DNA of 64,000 nt, from positions 12,214,001 to 12,278,000 of the forward strand of contig CM022665.1 of assembly GCA_012295275.1 (NCBI GenBank), written 5' to 3'. Shown in pieces: positions 53,860 through 64,000 of this stretch (position 1 is the stretch's first letter; each line of letters starts with the position of its first letter). Position numbers and translations under genes: made by a program. The notes under the pieces were generated by a model, which worked only from the letters and a program-made list of their open reading frames with translations, searched no databases and was not told the origin of the DNA. The stretch comes from Chrysomallon squamiferum (Eukaryota > Animalia > Mollusca).

Positions 53860-54070
53860 GACTGGTTAGTGTAGAACAGCGACTGAGGCGGAAATCTAAG
53901 ACAAGGACACCAGGTATTGGCTCGTTTAGAAAAGCCACCAAGACGGAAATCTAACACGTCAAGCTATTGGCTCGTTAAGAATGCCCTTTAAGATCAAAAT
54001 CTAAGGTACTAATCTATTGGTTGGTTCGAACTAGCAACCAAGACGAAAATCTAAGACATTAGGCTATTTG
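53860..54070. repeat. Diverged 50-bp tandem repeat (~4 copies) carrying ATTGG (reverse CCAAT)
   Basis: tattgg at 53915, 53965 and 54015, tatttg at 54065; each is preceded by an aaatctaa motif. Confidence 0.8.
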
Positions 54071-54218
54071 TTTTGTTTGTTTGATTGTTTGTTCGTTTTA
54101 TTTTATTATCGTTATTTTTTTAAAAACGAAAATCTTAGAAACTAGTTTTGTTTGTTTGTATTTTTATTTTTATTTTATTTTATTTTTTTTAAAATTTAAT
54201 TTAATTTAATTTAATTTA

Positions 54219-54266
<48 letters not shown>

Positions 54267-54510
54267 TTTAGACGTCAGATCACTATCGTCATGAAAACAA
54301 AATACCACCAACCCCCCTCCCCCACAAACAAAAATTATAATTATGTTTCATGCCTTAAAGGACAATATTTAGATATGGGTGATTTTTTTTTTTTTTTTTT
54401 TTTATTGTAGATGTAGGTGGGCAGAAAGTGGAATAAAAAGAAGCATAATGAATAAATAGATAAATCTACTTTTTTATAGTGTAAACCAAAGACTCTAAAT
54501 ACACACACAC

Positions 54511-54515
<5 letters not shown>

Positions 54516-54607
<92 letters not shown>
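54516..54607. repeat. (GA)n microsatellite
   Basis: Direct inspection. Confidence 0.95.
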
Positions 54608-54609
<2 letters not shown>

Positions 54610-55474
54610 CGGATGAAGTGAAACCAGTCGCCCTTAAGTATTTATTTGTATGCATTATTCTTCACGATTTTGGTAGAAACTTACGTAATTATGTAATAAT
54701 AAAATACGTCTAATATTAATACATCTAATGTCCGATAATGACATTATTTTTCAGCTATGTGTGAATGAATTAGCAGCTGCTATAAAACATACTGCATTGA
54801 TACAAGAGGTATATGTATTTCTCTGTACGGTTGGCGTATATTATATAATAAGAGGAGTGATTATCATAATAGTTTTTAACACATAGTGCAATTAGTGATA
54901 CTGTGGTTATCACTTAATATATTTAGTTTTGTTGTTGATTTTGTTTTTGCTCCCTTTCTGTCTCTTTGACTGTCTCTCCATTACATCTACTATATATCTT
55001 CTTCTTTGTCTTCTCTCTGGCTATCTGTCTGCGATTCTTTCTGTCTCTACCTATTTTCTGTGTATCCTTGTTCTCTCTCTCTATTGTTCTCTTTCTGTCT
55101 GTCTGTCTGTCTGTCTGTCCCTCTCAGATTGTCAAACTATCGGCTTGAAGTCATCTACACTGACATAAAAACAAGATGAACTTAGAGATTTAAAAAAACA
55201 TATTTTAGAGAAAACAACTGAAACTATGCTATCTCTGCGTCGCGGAATACTGAGAAAAATCAACAAAGTCTTTACGTAAATACATCATTGACATCGACAA
55301 ACATCGTTCTGACATGCTGTTTGGTGTTAGTTTGTTGTATCGATATTGGAAGAAGAACTGATGTTACTCGGTGACAGTACTTGCCCTGCACTATCTACCC
55401 TTCTCGAAAAATGTCCCGGTTTTATTCAGTTCCAGAACTAACGTTTGATAGCTGATATTGGCATTAAGAAGAAA

Positions 55475-55640
55475 GGAGGGAAATGTTTTATCTAAAGACA
55501 TATTGATCACATTCTGTTTACAGTTATATAGCATCGGATATGTGGTTAAGGACCAGTAAAATAACGAGAGATGAAACCCGATGCTATCACTTCTGATTTG
55601 CAGAAGAGTCTGGTTGGAATGAGAAATAGTCACATGAGTC
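55475..55640. mobile_element. Decayed copy of the same dispersed SINE-like repeat
   Basis: gaaatgttttat…atatgtggttaaggacc…gagagatgaaacccg…tggttggaatgagaaatag. Confidence 0.5.
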
Positions 55641-56411
55641 CGTTATTGGCTTTAAGCTTTGTGGCTACAGAGTACTTAATTCAAAGAACGTTATAAATAA
55701 ATATGGCATGAAATAAATATTTGTCAATTCAATATCTCTTGAACGATATCCGTGCCTCATAGATCAATCCGGCAGCCATAACTTGCACTGGAGAAATACT
55801 GATACCTTCTGAGGTAATCATTAAACGAGAGCGCTGAAGAAAACTCAATTTTTCCCCAGTTTTCACCATCACTTACTCAACACCTGTGCCTTCTCTGTGT
55901 TTAACCCAAGTTAACGAGATTTAAATACCTCTGGAATCTGTTGAATGCATATACAACTGATTCTAAAGATAAATACTAAACAGACATATCTAACACGAAA
56001 CAAAAAGAATAGAACATTTTCTAGAACGTTCTAAAAGTAGTTTGGAAAAAAAAAAGTGTATGTTCCAGGGGACGCAACTTTTACTTAGAATTTTGTTGTA
56101 TAATGGATGAATGTCGGACAAAACGCCCGAAGATGTTTTGGTTTCTACGCTTCGGCCAGACCTTTTCTTCAGGAAAGGACATTTCGGCCGTATCAATCAG
56201 TCATGGAAAAATAATAGTGTAAAATAATATGATATTCAGTATTATTTTAAAATAATTTACCTACTGGCACAGTGGTTGAAGAATATTTATAACAACATAT
56301 TTTGTTATTATAATACTATAATCGAACTGATATAATAAACAATTAAAAAAAAAAAAAAATGAAATAAAATAATAATAATAATAATATTAATATTAAAATA
56401 ATAACTATGAA

Positions 56412-56461
<50 letters not shown>

Positions 56462-57419
56462 CATTTAAACTGTTATTGAGTAAATTACAAGAACATGGAG
56501 AAACGTACGAAATATGAGGATGGGTTATCGACCGATTCATTTTTATAAATACAACATTATTAACCAATTCAAAAGCGCAAATCCTTTTTGACTAGATGGC
56601 GAGAAGTAGAGCTCTTCAGCTCTTTTTTGTATACTGGGTCGTTGGGTTAAAATCAGAGACGATGTAAGCTTTTGACTGTGACAGACACATTTCGAGTCTG
56701 ACATGGAAGTAAAATGTATTAAACGATCGATCATGTCTAGCTATGCTGTCCTATCGATACGTTCCAGTAAAATTAATACACACACTGGATCGTATCAGAC
56801 TGGACGTTATCTAGTTTTGCACTCTGAGATTTCACAAAATATATTTAACAAAAAGTTAAAAGTTTCAAGTAAAATACGATAAATACATATCTATCCATCC
56901 CAACGTTGGAAAACTGTCGTAATAATAAAATTTGCATCTTGTTTGATCACGATTGCAATGCAAGGGAACCAGAATATCATTACGTTTGGCCAGCATTGTA
57001 TGCATGAACACAAACAGGAAAAAAAAAAAAATAATAAAATAAAAAAAAATAAAATAAAATAAAGCATAAAAAATAAAATACAAAAAGAATATCGTCGCAC
57101 TGGGCCAGTAACAGCTCTTTCAACCCAGTATAATTACAACAGAATCAGAATAAGATTAAGTTTGTTCAAAGCTACGTGCATGAACCCAGAGTGTACAAAG
57201 GGAAATAGCTTTAAATTTAACTTATTTTAATAACCTAGATCTTCGGGCTGTTCAGAGAAGAAGCAATTAGCGCTTGTGCTACAGCTGCAAGGATATAACG
57301 TTAATAACAGTAAACAGTACTTGCACCAGTTCTGAAGATATATATATATACATATGTAGACATAAATTACACATACACACATACACACACTCGACACAAA
57401 CACCATACATTACTCAGAG

Positions 57420-57451
<32 letters not shown>

Positions 57452-59111
57452 GCACACGCACACACACACATTTATATCTATATAAAGGAGGAACCGTCAC
57501 ACATACGCGACCAAAGACATATCTAAGAGAATGGACATGGGTTTGAAGAATAACTTATAAAATGAAATCAGTTAGACATTATTTTTTCTTCCTTTCTTCT
57601 TTATCATCATCATCATCATTATCATCATTATCATCATCATAATTATTATTATTGTAATTATTATTATTATTATTATTATTACTTTTATTATTGTCATTGT
57701 GGTTTTTGTTGTTGTTATTGTTGTTGTTACTCATTACTGTTATTATCGATCAGAAAAATCTGGGTGATCTCATTTATGGTGTACCCCCTTCCTCAGAATT
57801 ACGCATATGTACAAATTTTATTTATCACAGTAGTCACAAACACTGTGGAACACACGTACAGACACACACAGAAGAAAAAGAAGGCATGTCGCCAGTCACA
57901 GGAAGCCAGCACAATTTATTGATTTCTTTTTCGTGTTCAATCTTTTGTATGACTATAAAATAATCTCGTTCACACAAACCTAACAAACCGTGGACTTCAG
58001 TTGCAGAATATTATTTTCTTGAAAACAGAAGGCTTCCCGGATCTCGAGGGTTACACGACTCGAAGAAGCAAGAGAGACGATAAACTGCAGGTCAGAAACA
58101 CCAAGTTTACTGCACACAATGGAAAGCGCAGACTTCAGACGGGAACGTAACATGTTTACGTTTTTGAGATAACTTTACCTTGGCGTGCGTTCACAAGGTA
58201 GGTTCTTTGCTTTAGTCGTATCGTTTTTCTCAGTATCTCTCTTCCTGTCTCTCTCTCGCTGGCTCTCTTTCTCTTTTTTTAAATATCTACTGTGTGGAAT
58301 ATATAAATGTTTGGTTAAAGTGCACAGGAAAAGGCTACAGGTAAATATCTGGTTTGTGTATGTATATATGTAGGTGTTTCAAAGCTCAGGAGCATTTGTT
58401 TCTGTTTTATATATGTACAGTTAAGTAATGAATAATGCTTTACAACTTTTATTATTTTAATTGTTATAATGACATAATTACAATGTAACTTTCAGTACAC
58501 TGAATCACATTTATCTTGTCATTTTTCTTATTAATTTCTTCTTATTATCATTTTTTTCATTATAATCATTATTGTTGTCATTATCATTACATCATTATCG
58601 TCATCATTATTATTATATCATCAGCATCCTTATCTTAAATCTTCATCATCACAGTAGCTATTGCTGTTGTTCTTTTTCTTCTTTCTTCTTCTTCTTATTA
58701 TTGTTATTTATAATCATCATCACAATATTACTGATTATATCATAATAATAATTATTATGATCATCATTATTAGTGTGGTTCTCTTATTATTATTATAATT
58801 ATAATTATTATTGCTCTTATTATTATCTGAGTTCACTTTAGAAGTAGCATAAAAAGAAATAGCAATCTGTCAACCATTACGTAAAACATGACGTAATAAG
58901 TAATAAAATTCTACGTTTGTTGGCTGTCAATAGTCCCGTGGTTTAATCATGTACCTCAGAGATACCTGTAACCTCAGTGTATATTGTTTCAAAATTAATC
59001 TAAGTATTTCTTATATAATATTAATATTTGCACATTTCTGTTTGATTTAAACCATTTCTCACGTAATGTAACTTTTACACACCTATTTGTATAGTAGTCT
59101 CTATTGTAGTA

Positions 59112-59145
<34 letters not shown>

Positions 59146-59472
59146 CACATTTATATTAATTCATATCCAATATCTAAGCCTTAGATATTTCTTTTGTTCA
59201 AAAATAATAATAATAAAATTAAAATAAAAACAAAAATCGGTTTCAGTTAACCGTGACTTGCGCGCGCTATTTTGAAAATCAGATGTAACGTTTACATATT
59301 ATTCGTATTTTAAAATGCATTTTATTTTCATTAATCTAAATATTTTCTATTCAGTATGATATATGTGAAAGTTTCTGTCTGTCTGTCTGTCTCCATGTTC
59401 GTTTTATAAATGTATGTACACTGGTATGTATGCTTGTGTGTATGTACGACATCTATGTACGTACGTATGTAG

Positions 59473-59616
59473 TATGTATGTATGTATGTATGTATGTGTG
59501 TATGTATGTATGTATGTATGTATGTGTATATGTATGCACGTATGTATGTGTGTATGTATGTATGTATGTATGTATGTATGTATGTATGTATGTGTGTATG
59601 TATGTATGTATGTATG

Positions 59617-59648
<32 letters not shown>

Positions 59649-59973
59649 TGTATGTATGTATGTATGTGTGTATGTATGTATGCATGTATGTATGTATGTG
59701 TATATGTATGTATGTATTTATGTATGTATGTATGTATGTGTGTATGTATGTATGTATTTATGTATGTATGCATGCATCCATGCATGTATGTGTGTATGTA
59801 TGTATGTATGTATGTATGTATGTATGTATGTATGTATGTATGTATGTGTATATGTATGTATGTATGTATTTATGTATGTATGTATGTATGTATGTATGTA
59901 TGTATGTATGTATGTATGTATGTATGTATGTATGTATGTATGTATGTATGTATGTATGTATGAATGTATGTAT
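59473..59973. repeat. (TATG)n microsatellite, ~500 bp
   Basis: Direct inspection. Confidence 0.98.
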
Positions 59974-62379
59974 CCTAAATCTTCAAGTATTTAAAAAAAT
60001 CTCTTTTAAAATGTTATGGAGAAAAGCAGCGTGGTAATGGTAAACATGAACTAGAGTCAGGTTCTGAAACTTTTATGAGCCGCTGGCAGAAATGATAAAT
60101 GGGCAAGGACATAAAACGATTTAGTTTTCGAATAATAAAATTGTAAGCGTATTTCAGAATTTTGAAGACACAGCTGAGGAAAACTATTAAAGCATCAGCA
60201 TATGTAGTGCTAATACTTGAGAGCAATCCTAGTGAAAAAAAAAAAAAAAAAAAAAAAAAAAATTCATAATAAAAAAGAAGGTAAGGAAGAGAGAGAAAAA
60301 AAGTCCTCCTAATCAAATAAGCATATAATAATAACAATAACAATAATGATAATGATGATGTTAGTAATATTAATAAAAAATAGTAATAATAAGAGTAATA
60401 ATAATAACTATAAGTAATTGAAGTAACAACAACAGCAATAATAACAAAAATCAAGCTAGCCTGCCTAACAATCACCCAACAAACGAACAATCGACAGCTA
60501 ACCGCTGAATCAACAAAAAGACCTAACCACGCAACGAAAAAAAAAATAATACTCACACAAATAGCAACAACAACAACAAAAAAAAAAAAAAAAACCACAA
60601 CAAAAAAACAAAACAAAGGCATATAAAAATAATAATTATAATAATAAAATAAAACAAAATAAATAATAAAACCTACACAAAACTCTGACTGTAACTTCCA
60701 CAAAGACAAATCTAAGTTAATTTGTTTTTGACTGAAATAAAAACAACGTATGTGTGTGTGTGTATGTGTGTGTGTAAATATATATATATAGTGCAAAAAG
60801 AAAACGATCTACAACACCAAGCGCCAGACGGTAATGACATTTATAACAGACAACGTGCAACACAGTTAAACAGTTCACGTCATTACGGAAACTAATCAAG
60901 CAACTTGTACGGCGGAAACCGATTGACTGCGGCTGAAATTCATTTTCAATCTTTTGCATCCGCGGTAGCTGAGGGAGTATCTAGTTTGATGGAAACACTT
61001 CAGTAACACAATGCTTGCCACGTTTTTATCAAGCTCCCAGTTCTATAGCTTAGCAAGAGATCGAGCCGCAAATTTAACAGCGATACATTTTCCTGGTTTT
61101 GACTTGTCGCGTTCGGCAATTGATTATTAAACGTTAACGATTTCCACGAGGTGCTTTAATCTTTGCTTAAACTGCTTTGAGTGGCAGGAAGATTTCGAAG
61201 GAAGCCTCACATCGTAATGCAGGCTATTTGACGGATTAGTTTAACAATATGGAGCGTGCGGTGTCTGTTAATTTTAAACTTTTGTTGACTGACTGACGGC
61301 TTAATCTGTCTACATTCGTTACAGTGTGTAGAAATAATCACTTGAAATGAAAGATCACGGCTACACTGATTACATAACGTCAAAATTTGATGCTGGAATA
61401 AAAAATTATTTTTTCTGTTAGTAAATATGAAGTAAGAAAAATGTTCCGAGGTGTTTTTCTAGAAATTAGTTTTAATATAAAGAAGAACAATCTTAACCCA
61501 TCGAGTGTCAGTATGTATTACGATTAATGCTTGGGTTTAGGGGTGATGCACACTCGATACCCCCATTTTATACCATCTTACGTTATTACTTCTTCATAAT
61601 AAAACTTTTTTATTGTTATTGTTATTTTTTATTTAATGATGGCTTCTCTTTACTGAAACCTTCGGTTCGTGTCTGTTGCTGTATATTATTAGTCCAGTCT
61701 TTTTCGATAATAGTAAGTTTTGATTTGAGAAATAAGTAAAAAACCCCAAATATTCAACCTAATCTAATGGTTAAGTCATCAAAATTCGATGTTGGCCGCA
61801 ATTTACGTTTTTTTTTTTTTTTTTCCCCCAAGAACGTGCAGCCGTCACTCCCATTCTTTTACGATTGGTCAGATTATAGTCCATAAAATTAGCTTTTCTA
61901 TTTTTATCAGAACACCCTTTATGACGTATTAATTAGATGATGAAATACAGAGAACTTAATACGTTATTTTTGTGGTAATCCGAGTTTTTAATCATTCTCA
62001 TCTACAGCTCTAGTCAATAAAACTGATGTTGCACTAATTTCCTTGTTTGGTGTATTGCTGGTATTTGTTTCTTAGCTGATTTCAGTGTTTACAGTAGCAA
62101 CATATCATATCATATCACATGTCACATATCTATATCTTTCTATCTATCTATCTATATATTCGGTTATTCTTAATTTATAATGATCTTCTGTGTTTTAAAC
62201 TTTTTTTAGTGAAAAGCAGTGTTGTTGTTGTTTTTTGGGGGTTTTTTTCAATTATTTTTCATGCTTATATGATGTCAGTGGAAAACCTACAGTTGACTTA
62301 AGGAACAAAAAAATATAAGTTAAAAGAATAAAAAATACATAGAAATAACGGTTCAATTTAATTTTTTTTTTTTTTTTTT

Positions 62380-62384
<5 letters not shown>

Positions 62385-62468
<84 letters not shown>
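62385..62468. repeat. (GA)n microsatellite
   Basis: Direct inspection. Confidence 0.95.
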
Positions 62469-62470
<2 letters not shown>

Positions 62471-63245
62471 AGGAGTATTGAAGTATTAGATGAAAAAGGC
62501 TCATTTTATAAGGACACCCTTTGAAAATTGTTCTTATTTAATAAATTGGTACTAATGCCAAAAACAGTGTCCCAGGTTGGTGACATTCACCACCTGTTCT
62601 GTTCCGACCTATTTATGCCTTCAACCTGCAGTTCCATGCAGTCAATAATCCAATTTAGATCCAAACAGTTCCATATTAAACCCATGCATGTGTGAGCAGA
62701 ATGACAGGTCGCAGTGCAGGCATTAATAACAGAGCTCTCGGGCACCCCACTGGCAATTCTGTTATGCCTTTTACATTACAGGAAGACACCGAAATGACCA
62801 CAGAAATAACCTCATTAAGGCATCCACTATTATTCATCCACGACACTTACCGACAAAAAAGTGCCTTTCACTCCACGTGGTGTCAGGAAATTGATTGCGA
62901 CATCAAAAACAGGAAATGCGTACGTCACAACACACTGGCAGCGCTTGCTCGATTCCGCTGACGTACTGCTCGACGGTGTTAAAGTCTACTAATCACGCAT
63001 CACTCATAAACGGTGGAATTAAAAACGTTTGTTAAAAAAAAAAAAAAAAAAATGGAGGTAATTACGCCACTTGATCGCAGGAATGTGAATACAGATTTGT
63101 TTCCATTACCGCTGTCCGCTCTTCGCTCTGCTTGAGGTTATCTGAAGTAATTCGCAAATATTAATTAAATTTACTGAAGAAAATACACAACGAAGGAGGC
63201 TATTTAAGTGTATTTTTGTTGTTGCTGTTTTTTTTCTTTTTAAAC

Positions 63246-63277
<32 letters not shown>

Positions 63278-64000
63278 AAACACACACACAAAAAAAAAAC
63301 TCGCAAAAAAAACAAAAAAAAAAAAAAAAAAAAAAAACACCCAACAAAATAACGTTCCATAAATGGAGTGAATAGAAGAATGCAGTAACCCAGTAACACT
63401 TGCTGTAATGTTGGTTATTATAAAACATTTTTTTAATTCTTTTTCAGTTCTGACGACTGAATAATATAATGATTTAAACATATCCAAACTTTTTTAAAAA
63501 TATTTTGGTAATTTTTTTTCTGTTTATTCGTTCTTCCATCTATCTATATTACTGTGTTGATCCACCTATCAAATACTCTGTCAGTATGGTTTTTTTTTCT
63601 ATCTTTGTATATTATTTTTTCACTTAACGCCGATTTTATGAGTACAAATGACATCATCGTTATCGTTATCATTTTTATCATTTTCTTCTTCTTCTTCTTT
63701 AAAAAAAAAAAAATAAAATAAAATAAATAATTTTGACCGCCAGCGAATATTGTGCATCCAAATTGAATATCTGAACGATATTCACTTTTAAAAGTCAAAT
63801 TTATTTATTAAATATACAAATGCGTTTCTGTTGCAAATCGTATCTGTTGCTGATTGCATAATAATGAACATATTTCCTGTGTTTCATAAATAACTAACAT
63901 TAATATGGATTATGATGACACTCTGTGACATTAGGAACATTTCGACTTTAATCAAAATATTATCCTGAATCTGCCATCTTATGGACAGCATGACAGTAGA

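Noticed and set aside
59404-60037. Long MYVC/HTYI ORFs
   Set aside because: Translations of the (TATG)n microsatellite.
60014-60796. 260-aa hydrophobic minus-strand ORF
   Set aside because: Arises from A-rich, AAT and AAC low-complexity tracts; no domain or splice support.
62692-62961. 89-aa plus-strand ORF in the CpG island
   Set aside because: No recognisable motif; its length is plausible by chance at the higher local GC.

Overview
AT-rich, microsatellite-laden animal genomic DNA. An invertebrate, probably a mollusc, is inferred from composition and repeats only. Three spliced genes were rebuilt by hand with consistent GT-AG phases: (1) MRPL23 on the minus strand (5 exons, 17294->2869, 166 aa); (2) a TM-less Bcl-2-family gene of the BCL-G/BFK/BID type on the plus strand (18077/18092->23317, 634 aa from ATG 18092), divergent from MRPL23, with a candidate upstream coding exon (10730-10828) inside MRPL23 intron 2; (3) a Popeye-domain (BVES/POPDC) gene on the plus strand (8 exons, 28802->40978, 386 aa). 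From about 42 kb to the end there is no recognisable coding sequence, but CpG is visibly richer. Two observations stand out. The Bcl-2-family protein has a BID-like module (LETD|G caspase-8-type site, GxxxS myristoylation motif, then BH3). Several tandem arrays begin inside an exon edge (stop codon, donor or acceptor) and decay away from it.
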